From positions 1-64,000 of the IMG/VR virus record IMGVR_UViG_3300044846_004348: a stretch of DNA of 64,000 nt. One strand, 5' to 3'. This document shows positions 9,679 through 19,668 of this stretch, in pieces. This DNA is from a virus. The stretch's first letter is position 1. Every line of letters starts with the position of its first letter. A program made the position numbers and the translations under genes. A model generated the notes under the pieces. It saw only the letters and a program-made list of their open reading frames with translations, did no database searches and had not been told where the DNA came from.

Positions 9679-10070
9679 TGGTTTTTGTACAAAATAAAGT
9701 AGGTTACGAAGCTACATTTGATTCAACTAGCGGGCTAATTGGGGTTTGGTCTCGCGCCAAAGCCGAGCAAATAAGGAGTCTTGCAAAAGTTCAAGTTGGA
9801 AAAAAGACTGGTCTTCTTCAAGGATCTATAAGAGTTAGTCATCGTAAGAATAGAAACCCTGGTTTACGGGGTCACACTCTTACTATCGAGTCTGAAGTTC
9901 CATACGCTTATCTACATCATGAAGGCACTAAACCTCATGTTATTAGACCTAATACTCAAAGGGTTTTAAGATTTAGAGCTAGTGGAAGAACTATATTTAC
10001 CGAAAGAGTTTTTCACCCTGGGACACAGCCAAACAGATATCTTTCAGATCAATTAAGGAAGGTCTTTTAG
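9678..10070 (+). CDS. HK97 gp10-like neck/tail completion protein
   Basis: ATG overlaps the previous stop (TAATG at 9676-9680); KTGLLQGSI, YAYLHHEGTKPHVIRP and HPGTQPNRYL motifs. Confidence 0.7.
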   Translation: MVFVQNKVGYEATFDSTSGLIGVWSRAKAEQIRSLAKVQVGKKTGLLQGSIRVSHRKNRNPGLRGHTLTIESEVPYAYLHHEGTKPHVIRPNTQRVLRFRASGRTIFTERVFHPGTQPNRYLSDQLRKVF

Positions 10071-10140
10071 TGATATTATTTATTAATAGTGGCTTAAAAT
10101 CCATTAAGTCAAAGACACAAACTAAAAGAAAGTAGTTAAC

Positions 10141-10491
10141 ATGACAACACGATTTAAAGATTTTGGCGGTGCAGATTCTCAGCCAAAGGAAGCAATAAAA
10201 TTTAAACTACATGAAGAAGAGTTTTTATGTAAATCAGCAATTCAGGGTAAAACTCTTCTTAATTTAGTTGCTAAAACAGAGAATAATGAGCCATCTGAAC
10301 TTGCTAAAGTAATTGACGAGTTTTTTAGTCAAGTACTAGAGAAAGAAAGTTTGACTAGATTCGACAATCTTTTGAAACACGATAAAAAAATTGTTTCACT
10401 AGAAACTCTTGGTGAAATTACCTCATGGCTTATGGAGCAGTACTCAGATCGCCCTTTAACGGAGCCAGAGCCTTCCTCGAATGGGCAGTAG
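10141..10491 (+). CDS. Tail assembly chaperone (gpG-like)
   Basis: Upstream of the tape measure gene; slippery heptamer near the 3' end. Confidence 0.8.
   Translation: MTTRFKDFGGADSQPKEAIKFKLHEEEFLCKSAIQGKTLLNLVAKTENNEPSELAKVIDEFFSQVLEKESLTRFDNLLKHDKKIVSLETLGEITSWLMEQYSDRPLTEPEPSSNGQ
10452..10458 (+). other. -1 programmed ribosomal frameshift site C CCT TTA
   Basis: X XXY YYZ heptamer in the correct phase; the -1 frame is the open ORF running to 10874. Confidence 0.75.
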
Positions 10492-10874
10492 GACTCTGGC
10501 CTTATGTTAACGGTAAAGCATTAATGAACGGTATAAAACTAGAAGAGTTAAATTCTGTCGATATGATTGATATTTTACATTACATGTTTGAAGAAGATAT
10601 GAATGTTCAAAGTCAAGAACAGATGGACGCAAAAACTGCAGTAAGAGATGTAATTTATAAAGATTTTTACAGTTCTTACTATCCTTTTGGTGGTACCAGA
10701 AAGACAAATAGTAATTTAAATGCTGCTGGTGAGCCCGTTTCTAACTTTACTGATGATATTAAACCTTTTGATCCAGGAGTATCTCCAATTAGAAAAGGTT
10801 ACATACCGCCAACAAAGTTTGACCCAAATTCTACCAAGCCCTTTGGTAATAATTTAGATTCCCCACTTAATTAG
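10452..10874 (+). CDS. Tail assembly chaperone frameshift extension (gpGT-like)
   Basis: -1 frame ORF (track 10425..10874) overlapping the chaperone gene and ending just before the tape measure gene. Confidence 0.7.
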   Translation, partial: PFNGARAFLEWAVGLWPYVNGKALMNGIKLEELNSVDMIDILHYMFEEDMNVQSQEQMDAKTAVRDVIYKDFYSSYYPFGGTRKTNSNLNAAGEPVSNFTDDIKPFDPGVSPIRKGYIPPTKFDPNSTKPFGNNLDSPLN

Positions 10875-10896
10875 TAGAAATTGGAGGTGATGATGT

Positions 10897-13800
10897 ATGG
10901 CAGTAGTAGGTAGTGCAAGTGTTGTCGTTAACGTCATCACCTCTGGGGTAGACAAGCAACTATCAGGTGCTTTTAGTGGCGGAGATAGAATCGGTAGAGA
11001 CGCTGGTAAGAAAGCTTCTGCTGGTTTTTCTAAAGGTTTTGCTGGTGGTGGCGGTGGAAGAAGACTTTTCTCTGATCAATTTTTTAAAGAAGCAGACAGA
11101 GCAAGAAAAACATTTCAAAGATTACTAAGAGTAGGTTATGCTTTAACTCCAGCTTTAGCAGCATTGGCTGGTATTTTAGGTAATGCCGCTGGAGCTTTGT
11201 TTTTACTTGCAACTGCGGCAGGTACTGCTGCTCCAGCACTTATTGTTTTGCCAGCTTCTCTTTTTGCCATAGCTCAGGCTGCAGTTGTAGCAAAAGTTGC
11301 TTTAATGGGCGTAGGTAAGGCTATTCAGGCAGGACTTAAGCCTTTAAAAAGTGGTGCCGCAGAAAATAAGGCTCTAGAAAATGCTCTTGAAAGATTAGAA
11401 GAAGCACGTATAAGACTTGCTCGTGCTGAAGAAGATAGAGCCGAAATTATTGCTGATGCAAATAAAAAAATTGTAGATGCTGAAGAAGATTATATTGATT
11501 CACAATATGAGTCAGAAAAAGCTGCTAAAGCTCTTTCTAAGGCTAGAGAAGAAGCTACAGAAGATTTACAACAACTTAGATTTGAAACTGAAGATGCTGC
11601 AATTTCTGAACAAAAAGCAAGACTTGAATTTGAGCGTTCTCGTGAATCGTTACAGCGTGTTCAAGATCTTCCACCTAACTCTCGTGCTAGACGTGAAGCA
11701 GAACTTGCATTTGCTGAAGCAGATTTAAATTTAAGAAGGTCTATTGATAAAAATTCTGATTTAAAGAAGGCAGAAGCAGAGGCTACTGCTGCTGGTGTTG
11801 ATGGATCAGAAAAAGTATTAGATGCTTCAGAAGCCTTAGCTGAGGCTAAAGAAAGAGAGCAAAAGGCATATGAAGCTGTTGGTGAAGCAGCATTGGATGC
11901 TGCTAGGGCTCAAAGAGATGCAAATAGGGCTGTAGCAGATGCAGAAAGAGCACTTGCAGAAGCAAAAGAAGATGTTGCTGACGCTGCTAAAGGCGCTAAA
12001 GATTCTGTAGATCAATTTGCTGAGGCAATGAAAAGATTGTCTCCCGAAGCTCAAGATTTTGTTAGATATATGTTATCTCTTAAAGATTCTTTCCAAGAAC
12101 TTAGAGCTGCTGCTGGTAGAGAATTTTTTCCTAAGTTAACACTTGCTATAGATAATTTAGTTACAAACTTACTTCCTAAATTAAATCCTCTTTTTGAAAG
12201 AACTGGCTCTATTCTTGGTGACGTAGCAATGGATATATCTAACGTTGTTACATCTACAGAAAACATTGGCAGACTTGAGAGAATTTGGTCTACAAACGAT
12301 CAGTTAATTGGTAATTTCGGAAGATCTGTTGGAAATCTTTATGAAGTTCTTTTAATTTTACTAGATGCCGCTGAACCTCTTATTAGGGAGTTTGGTGAGT
12401 GGATTGAGACTATTACTGAAGGTTGGCAACAAACTTTAAATGCTGAAGGTGCTTTCGATAGACTTAGAGGTTCTTTTGAAAGAGCAGGGGAAGTAGCAAA
12501 ACTTTTAGGTGAAATACTTGGTAATATTTTTACTGGAGTTCTTAATTTAGGTAAGGCTGCTAATTCTGGTGGTGCTTTAGATCTTTTCTTAACAAGAATG
12601 AGAGATGCAACTGAAAGTTTTGAAAACTTTACTGGAAGTGAAGCAGGAAGAAAGAAAGCTGAAGAATACTTTTTAACTACCGCAGAGAATGCTTTAACTT
12701 TAGGAAGAATTGTTGGAAAGTTACTTAAACCTTTTGGGGAAATAGGTGCAAGTCAAGATTTTGGTAATTTTCTTGGATCTTTAGAAAGAGCTGTTGAAAC
12801 TCTCACTGGCACATTGGATGACTTACTTGCTGATGGAATTTTAACATCGTTTGGTCTTTTTATTGAAGAATTTGCTACAACCATTGCTGGTTTTACAGTA
12901 GGTGGGGGTATTACAGTATTTTTTGATACTTTAACAGGGATTCTTGAAGTTATAAATAATATTATAACTTCCGATGCAGGTAAAGCATTTATAACAACAT
13001 TTGCTCCTATACTAGCTTTTTTTAGTGCTTTAGGTTTTGCTGGCGGCATTGCAAAGTTTTTTGGTAAAGTTATTGTTGGAACTTTAGGTTCAGCCTTTGG
13101 TGTACTGACTGGAATTTTTGGTGCTTTCTCTACAGCATTCAGATTCCTTATGACTTTTTTTAGAAATCCAGCAATTATTGTTAGGTTTATATCAATAGCT
13201 ATAGCTCCCTTAGCAAGTGCTGTTGGTTTAGCAGTTGGTCCATTTTTGTTAATAGTAGGGGCAATTGCTTTATTAGTAGGAGTACTTGTTGGTGCTTATC
13301 AGGCAAGTGAAGATTTTAGAACTGCTGTCTCTGAACTTTTTGCAGTTGTTAAAGAGTCAATTGTTGGTGCTTTAGATCAGGTAAAAGCTTCCTTTGAAGA
13401 TGCTTTTGGACCGATAGATGATATTAAAACTAAAATTATGGATGGCTTTAAAGTAATTGGAGACTTTATAGCAACATATGTAATTCCAATTTTTAAAGTA
13501 ATTATTCCTGCTGCCATAGGTTACTTAGGTGGAATAATTTCTGGATTGATCTATGTTGTAAAAGCTGTTTGGGACTATTTTACATTTGCATTTAATATGA
13601 TAAAAGGAATATTTAAACTATTTACTGGGGATACCGAAGGGGCTGTAGCAGCTTTTAAAAAGGCTTGGGAAGGTTTAAAAAGTTTCTTTAAAAATATAGT
13701 TAAAGCAATATATGCTCCTTTTGCTGGATTAGTTAACGGAATAATTAGAGGAATAAATTCAATAATTAGAGCTAAAAACAAACTTACTGATAACCAGACT

Positions 13801-14100
13801 TCCGAGTTAAGTCTTCTACCTACGGTATTAGATTTCGCTGAGGGTGGAACCGTATACCCAAGATCTGGTGGAGTTATTGCAAGAGTTGCAGAAGCTGGCA
13901 GACCAGAAAGAATTGAACCTTTAGATCCTAATGGTTTATCTGAAAGAGATAAAGCAATAGTAAAAATGTTTGCTGGTGGTAGTGGTGCTGGTACTGGTCC
14001 GACTATAAATGTGTACCCATCTCAGGGGATGGATGAGAGACAACTTGCTGAAATAGTTTCAAGAAAACTTGCTTTTCAGATGCGTAAAGGCGGAATTTAA
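10897..14100 (+). CDS. Tape measure protein
   Basis: 1067 aa, Ala/Gly-rich helical, coiled-coil and hydrophobic stretches, C-terminal FAEGG..VAEAGRPERIEPL; SD GGAGG. Confidence 0.92.
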   Translation: MAVVGSASVVVNVITSGVDKQLSGAFSGGDRIGRDAGKKASAGFSKGFAGGGGGRRLFSDQFFKEADRARKTFQRLLRVGYALTPALAALAGILGNAAGALFLLATAAGTAAPALIVLPASLFAIAQAAVVAKVALMGVGKAIQAGLKPLKSGAAENKALENALERLEEARIRLARAEEDRAEIIADANKKIVDAEEDYIDSQYESEKAAKALSKAREEATEDLQQLRFETEDAAISEQKARLEFERSRESLQRVQDLPPNSRARREAELAFAEADLNLRRSIDKNSDLKKAEAEATAAGVDGSEKVLDASEALAEAKEREQKAYEAVGEAALDAARAQRDANRAVADAERALAEAKEDVADAAKGAKDSVDQFAEAMKRLSPEAQDFVRYMLSLKDSFQELRAAAGREFFPKLTLAIDNLVTNLLPKLNPLFERTGSILGDVAMDISNVVTSTENIGRLERIWSTNDQLIGNFGRSVGNLYEVLLILLDAAEPLIREFGEWIETITEGWQQTLNAEGAFDRLRGSFERAGEVAKLLGEILGNIFTGVLNLGKAANSGGALDLFLTRMRDATESFENFTGSEAGRKKAEEYFLTTAENALTLGRIVGKLLKPFGEIGASQDFGNFLGSLERAVETLTGTLDDLLADGILTSFGLFIEEFATTIAGFTVGGGITVFFDTLTGILEVINNIITSDAGKAFITTFAPILAFFSALGFAGGIAKFFGKVIVGTLGSAFGVLTGIFGAFSTAFRFLMTFFRNPAIIVRFISIAIAPLASAVGLAVGPFLLIVGAIALLVGVLVGAYQASEDFRTAVSELFAVVKESIVGALDQVKASFEDAFGPIDDIKTKIMDGFKVIGDFIATYVIPIFKVIIPAAIGYLGGIISGLIYVVKAVWDYFTFAFNMIKGIFKLFTGDTEGAVAAFKKAWEGLKSFFKNIVKAIYAPFAGLVNGIIRGINSIIRAKNKLTDNQTSELSLLPTVLDFAEGGTVYPRSGGVIARVAEAGRPERIEPLDPNGLSERDKAIVKMFAGGSGAGTGPTINVYPSQGMDERQLAEIVSRKLAFQMRKGGI

Positions 14101-16466
14101 TGACATTACTTAATCAAGGTAAAGAATTTGAATTAGTAAACAAAAGTTTAACTCCTGTTGAAGAACCTATTAAAACTGGTCTTAAACTCCCTGGAGATAT
14201 AGTTTTAGGTAGTTTTGTTTTTAACACTGTCGATGAGTATGACGTTATTTGGGTTGTGACTGATATTGGTGGTTGGTGGAATCCACCAGAAGCAGAGATG
14301 CCAGACATAACTAGAGGTTACGGTGATGGCTCTTACGATTTTCAAGGAAGGTATGTAGCAAGAGAGTTAACTTTAGAAGGTGTATTTTTAACCAAAGACC
14401 CTTCACTAGTTGAAGCTGCTAGGGATCGACTTATCGAGGCAACTAATCTTGTTTACAAAGGTGCTTGGTTAATTACTGGTACTGATCCAAAAAGAGCTTC
14501 TTTTGTTCGTCTTTCTGGTCAAGTAGAAATTGAAACAACTAATGCGAGAGGTAGAACTGAGTTTTCTATTGGTCTTCGTGCTGCTGATCCTATTAAATAT
14601 GAGTGGAATGATTCCGAACCAGATGGTTATACGGTTATAGAGATACCTGCTAAAAACTTTATTAATGGAGATTCTGGCGTACAGACTATTACAAATATAG
14701 GTAATTATGATGTGCCTGTTTATTTGGAAGTAGTCGGTCCAGTTACATCTCCAGCAACTATTTTTAATAGAACTAGAGAAGAACTTGTATTAATGGTTTC
14801 TGGTATTAGAGGAAGACTTGGTTCTGTAATTGATAATAAAGAGCTTACTTTAGTTGAGTCTAGTTTAAAAGATGTGGCCACTCTTACTACACGTACAGCT
14901 CATAATTTTCAAGTAGGAGATGAAATTTTAGTTGAGGGAGTTGATAATATATTTGATGGACTATATATAATATCTTCTGTCCCTAGTGCAACAACATTTA
15001 CATATGAAATTGAAAATATCTCTAGTACATTACCAATTGTTCAAAAAAGTTTATTTAACAATATTGCCACTATCGAAACATCTGAAAATCATTCTTTTGA
15101 AGTAAACGATTCTATTTTTATATCTGGAGTGGATTCTGTATTTAATGGTACTAGCAGGATAACTGCAAAAACACTAAACACATTTTCTTTTGCAAAAACT
15201 AGAAATACTTCTACCTCTATAACTGGTGCAAGTATTATCTCAAATCAAGCAAATATTATTACTTTAGACCCCCACGAATTTATTCTCGGTGAAACTGTAA
15301 CTATTTCTGGTCTAGGGGGTAACTATAACGGCTCTTACATTATAACTTCTATTCCATCTTCTACAACATTTACTTATGCCGTAACTAGAACTAATGCTAG
15401 AAGTATTTTGAATAGGGTTTTAACTTCAAATGTTGCAACAATAACTTTAGACAATAATCATAATTTTCTTAGTGGAGAAAGTGTGCTTATTTCTGGAATA
15501 AATGATGCCTTTGATGGTGTTTATCAAATATCTTCTATTCCAACAACTACTACTTTTACATACAACCGTGAGAGATCTACTTCAAAAACAGTTACGGTTA
15601 AATCTAGAAATTCAAATACATCCATAATAACAACTGGTAGCGCCCACGGTTTATCTGCTACCGAGCAAGTTACTATCTCGGATGTAGAAGGCTTTAATGG
15701 AACATTTACTGTAACTTCAATTTTAAGTTCTAATAGTTTTAGTTTTGCCCAAACTGGCTCTAATCTAAACCCGACTGCAGTTTCTAATGGAAAACTAGTT
15801 GTAAATAAAAGACTAGTTTCTAAAAGAAAAAGACAAGGAAATGTTGCAACTATTACTACAGCAACCTCTCACGGGTTATTTGTAGGTGAAACTGTTAATA
15901 TTGAAGGAGTAGAAGCTAGTTATAACGGTGCAGGTAAAACTGTTACTGCTATACCTACAAGTAATTCTTTTACCTATTCTTCTACTGGTTCAGATGAAGC
16001 AGAACTTAACTCTGGAGGGTTAGTATCACTACTAGGAAACTACGCGGTATTACCAAGTAGCGCCTCGGTTGTGGGATTTGCCACAGTTTCTGGAAGTCTG
16101 CCTTTTACTTCAGTCCCTGGAACTGCAGTAGTTAATAATTATGTAGGCACCCCTATCTCTGGTGGAGTGACTCCACTAGTTACTGGCGGTAGGGCAACTA
16201 AAAAGAATGAAGTTCCTTTTACCCCTGGAGTTTCTATCTCTACAACAGCTACTGCAACTTATGGTCCAGATTTGTTAGAAATAGATACTCTTAACAGAGA
16301 TGTATTTTTAAACGGAGAAGTTGAAGGGGCTAGGGCAAAAATAGATATTCTTGCTGATTTTATAAAACTATCCCCTGGTGAAAATATTATTGAGTTTGAA
16401 GATTCTGGTAATCCAAATAGCGACGCGCTGTTAAAAATTTACTATAGATCTGGATGGTTAGGTTAG
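14100..16466 (+). CDS. Distal tail protein (Dit-like) with six inserted FCCH-like repeats
   Basis: Follows the tape measure gene; Dit-type ends (GGWWNPPE, RELTLEG, LRAADPIKY, TNIGN / LSPGENII..YRSGW); six TTxxxH-G/N repeats. Confidence 0.8.
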   Translation: MTLLNQGKEFELVNKSLTPVEEPIKTGLKLPGDIVLGSFVFNTVDEYDVIWVVTDIGGWWNPPEAEMPDITRGYGDGSYDFQGRYVARELTLEGVFLTKDPSLVEAARDRLIEATNLVYKGAWLITGTDPKRASFVRLSGQVEIETTNARGRTEFSIGLRAADPIKYEWNDSEPDGYTVIEIPAKNFINGDSGVQTITNIGNYDVPVYLEVVGPVTSPATIFNRTREELVLMVSGIRGRLGSVIDNKELTLVESSLKDVATLTTRTAHNFQVGDEILVEGVDNIFDGLYIISSVPSATTFTYEIENISSTLPIVQKSLFNNIATIETSENHSFEVNDSIFISGVDSVFNGTSRITAKTLNTFSFAKTRNTSTSITGASIISNQANIITLDPHEFILGETVTISGLGGNYNGSYIITSIPSSTTFTYAVTRTNARSILNRVLTSNVATITLDNNHNFLSGESVLISGINDAFDGVYQISSIPTTTTFTYNRERSTSKTVTVKSRNSNTSIITTGSAHGLSATEQVTISDVEGFNGTFTVTSILSSNSFSFAQTGSNLNPTAVSNGKLVVNKRLVSKRKRQGNVATITTATSHGLFVGETVNIEGVEASYNGAGKTVTAIPTSNSFTYSSTGSDEAELNSGGLVSLLGNYAVLPSSASVVGFATVSGSLPFTSVPGTAVVNNYVGTPISGGVTPLVTGGRATKKNEVPFTPGVSISTTATATYGPDLLEIDTLNRDVFLNGEVEGARAKIDILADFIKLSPGENIIEFEDSGNPNSDALLKIYYRSGWLG

Positions 16467-16514
16467 TATTTACATGTATAACACGACGACACGACGAAAT
16501 ATAAAGGTGCTGTA

Positions 16515-18539
16515 ATGGCTATAGAAGAAAGCATTGAATATAGATTCTTTCTTACGGATCTTTTAAGTAATGAAATTATCTCTGAAGTACCTTTTAAAGA
16601 TGTAAGTTTTAGTAGACAAATTCGTCGTGCTGGCGAGTTTTCAGGAAAAATTTCATTTATACCTCAGACTAGCGGTTTAAATCTTTACGAATCGACAATG
16701 CCAGGCAGAACTGGGCTATATGTAATGAGGAATGGAGTTTGTGTTTGGGGCGGAATTATATGGTCTAGATCTTATGATGTTTTGTCAAAAGAGTTAGATG
16801 TTTCTGCTGCAGAATTTATTAGTTATTTCTATCACAGGCATGTTTGGCAAACTTTAGTTTATGGTTCTAAATTTATTGGTATAGCTTCATACTCAATCAC
16901 TTCTGGTGTTGCAACTGTTGTGACAGAAGAACCTCACGGATTTGAGACTGGTGATAAAGTTGCAATTACTTTTACTAGTCCTTTAGTAGACGGTGTTAGG
17001 ACTATATCTTCAGTAAATTCGGCTAATCAATTCACTTTTAATGTGGCTTCTGCAAACGTACTATCTACGTCAATAAATAGTGGTGCAGTTAGAGGCTTAG
17101 TAGATACTTTTGATTTTGTTAGAGACATACTAAATTTAACTGCTACAGATCTTTCAGGTATAAACTTTGCAAATGAAGAGATAGAGCCTTCTCAAACTTT
17201 TGAAGTCGCTATTATCTCAAAACAAAGATTTAATAATTTAGTTACTTTAGTTACCTCTTCTGCACATAATTTAGTTATTGGTCAAGAAGTGTTAGTTTAT
17301 GAAGTTGACACTGCATTAAATGGTTCTCATGTCGTTACTAGTACCCCAGACGATACTACTTTTACATACGATTTACCTGGACCAAACATTACTAAAAGCA
17401 CTCTTCCTGGGTTAAAAACAATAAACATATCTACAAAAACTCTTACTGCTTCTCCTAGTGCAACTACTATAGATAGTCCAGCAACAGCCACAATTGTCCT
17501 CGCTGAGCCTCATGGAGCTGGGACAGGTCAAAGAGTTTTACTTCAAGGTGTTGATTCATTTTTTGTAGATAGACTCGATAAAAGATATGACGGATTTTTT
17601 GAGATTATAAATGTTCCTAATTCTACAACTTTTGAATACACCACTACAGGTATTTTAAGTGAGACTACCGCCTCAGTTATAGGTGGTACTGCAACTTTTG
17701 GTAGCAAAATAGTTTATGGTTCTTATGGAAGTTTTTCTTATAATGCAGACATCGATATAAGAGTATCTAATGAAACTAGCGGTCTGTTTCAGGAACAAAA
17801 AATTTATAGAGGTTATGAGTTAAAAACTATTGGTGAAATATTAGAAGAGTACTCAGAAAATATAAACGGTTTTGAGTATAGAATTGATTGTGACTACGAT
17901 TACGATACAGCTTCATTTACTAGAACATTTGTGTTGTTAGATTTATCTGGTCCTCCTGAATTAGAGGAGGGTGGTTTGCCAGATATATCAAGGTTTGGTG
18001 CAAATCAATTTGTTTTTGAATATCCAGGAAACATCTCAAAATTTACTGTTGAAGAGTCAGCAGAAAACGCTGCTACCAGAATGTTTACTATGGGTAAAAT
18101 TGACGATATATCTGGTGACTCAAGTCAACCTTACTCTGCTGACTCGGCTACTCAGCTACTAAACAATTTAAATGGTAGAAGTTGGCCACTACTTGATCAA
18201 GCAGAATCTGTAGATGGGGTATCAAGTGAGCAAGAACTCTATTCTTACGCTAAAGACTATCTTTATGAGTCACTACCACCAATTAGTGAGTTTTCATTGT
18301 CTGTAAATGGGTCTTTATCTCCTATTGTTGGTAGCTATAAACCAGGTGATTTTTGTTCAATAATAGTTAATGACGAGTTTGTTCGTGAAAGGTTGGCTAG
18401 TGATTCTGAGCCAAGAAGCGACATCATCATTAGAAAAATTGTTAGTTATTCTGTAACTGTGCCTGATAGTCCTCACTACCCAGAGGATGTTTCATTAGAA
18501 CTTATTACTGATTGGAAGGTAGAAGATAGTGGCAACTAG
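16515..18539 (+). CDS. Minor tail / baseplate hub protein (Tal-like) with three FCCH-like repeats
   Basis: YVMRNGVCVWGGIIW, GFEYRID, FEYPGNI, GSYKPGD motifs; follows Dit. Confidence 0.75.
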   Translation: MAIEESIEYRFFLTDLLSNEIISEVPFKDVSFSRQIRRAGEFSGKISFIPQTSGLNLYESTMPGRTGLYVMRNGVCVWGGIIWSRSYDVLSKELDVSAAEFISYFYHRHVWQTLVYGSKFIGIASYSITSGVATVVTEEPHGFETGDKVAITFTSPLVDGVRTISSVNSANQFTFNVASANVLSTSINSGAVRGLVDTFDFVRDILNLTATDLSGINFANEEIEPSQTFEVAIISKQRFNNLVTLVTSSAHNLVIGQEVLVYEVDTALNGSHVVTSTPDDTTFTYDLPGPNITKSTLPGLKTINISTKTLTASPSATTIDSPATATIVLAEPHGAGTGQRVLLQGVDSFFVDRLDKRYDGFFEIINVPNSTTFEYTTTGILSETTASVIGGTATFGSKIVYGSYGSFSYNADIDIRVSNETSGLFQEQKIYRGYELKTIGEILEEYSENINGFEYRIDCDYDYDTASFTRTFVLLDLSGPPELEEGGLPDISRFGANQFVFEYPGNISKFTVEESAENAATRMFTMGKIDDISGDSSQPYSADSATQLLNNLNGRSWPLLDQAESVDGVSSEQELYSYAKDYLYESLPPISEFSLSVNGSLSPIVGSYKPGDFCSIIVNDEFVRERLASDSEPRSDIIIRKIVSYSVTVPDSPHYPEDVSLELITDWKVEDSGN

Positions 18540-19668
18540 AAGACGTGCTCGTAGAAAAAGTTTAACTGCTAACATTACAGATATTCAAAGAAGACTCCGT
18601 TATGTTGAGTCTAAACCAAATCCATCTAGGTTAACTAATCAGGTGGTTAATCGTAGTGCAATTCAGTTTAATGCTGTTGCAACCGATCAGATTGCTCCAA
18701 ATGCTGTCACTACTAGTGAAATAGCACCAGATGCAGTAACAAATGATCAACTCGCATCTAACTCTGTTACAAATGATAATTTAGCAGATGATTCAGTTAA
18801 TAATTCTAATATTTTAAATGGTTCGGTAGGTACTGACGAACTTGCAAATGGTGCTGTAACTAATGACAAGTTAGCAAATAATTCTGTAACTAGTGACAAA
18901 ATTGTTAATGGGACAATTGTCGGTGCAGATATTGCAAGTAACACCATAGGTGGATCTAGAAGTGGTACTACATCAAAATTTATAGCAAATTCAATAGGTC
19001 AACTAGATATCGATGACGCAGCTATAGGATCTAACGAATTAATAAATCTTGCAGTTACAACAGGAAAACTTGCTGCTGGTGCAGTTACGACTTCTAAAAT
19101 TTTAGATAGTCAAGTTACTGTAAATAAACTTAACTTTGCTCCAATTACAAATATTACTTCTGGTTCTGGGATATCAGTAACTACCACTGGTCCAACATCT
19201 GTTGTTGGTACTCTTGGGAGAACTATCTCTGCAAGTTTTGGAACTGGAAGTACTAACGTAGCAAGAGGAAACCACACTCATAGCGTTTCTGGCAGTACAA
19301 GCCGTAATTTAAACCATAGCCACTCTATCAGTGGAACTGCCGCCTCTTCAAAAAAGTTTAAAAAAGATATAGAACTTTACGAGCTTTCTGAAGAAGATGT
19401 TAGTAATATTCTAAATTTAAAACTTTCTAAATTTAAATACAGAAATGAAGTAAAAGATTTTTCTTCAAATAGGGAGTGGAATTACGGATATATTGCTGAA
19501 GATGTTGAAGAAAATGCATTAGAGCAAATTGTTTCTTATAATAATGAAAAAGAACCCATTGCTATTGACTATGGTTTGTTGTCTGCATTTGTATTGGAGA
19601 TAGTTAAACAACAAAAAGAAGAAATTGAGTCTCTAAAGAAGAGATTATCTGAACTGGAAGGTGCGTAA
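18529..19668 (+). CDS. Tail fibre/spike with decapeptide repeats and a C-terminal intramolecular chaperone (peptidase S74-like)
   Basis: IAxxAVTxxx 10-aa repeats, HxH motifs, SSKKFKKDI..YGYIAEDV..IDY and a terminal coiled coil. Confidence 0.75.
   Translation: MATRRRARRKSLTANITDIQRRLRYVESKPNPSRLTNQVVNRSAIQFNAVATDQIAPNAVTTSEIAPDAVTNDQLASNSVTNDNLADDSVNNSNILNGSVGTDELANGAVTNDKLANNSVTSDKIVNGTIVGADIASNTIGGSRSGTTSKFIANSIGQLDIDDAAIGSNELINLAVTTGKLAAGAVTTSKILDSQVTVNKLNFAPITNITSGSGISVTTTGPTSVVGTLGRTISASFGTGSTNVARGNHTHSVSGSTSRNLNHSHSISGTAASSKKFKKDIELYELSEEDVSNILNLKLSKFKYRNEVKDFSSNREWNYGYIAEDVEENALEQIVSYNNEKEPIAIDYGLLSAFVLEIVKQQKEEIESLKKRLSELEGA

Noticed and set aside
16481-16496. ACACGACG tandem duplication between the Dit and hub genes
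   Set aside because: Only two 8-nt copies, not seen elsewhere; too little to call an operator or iteron
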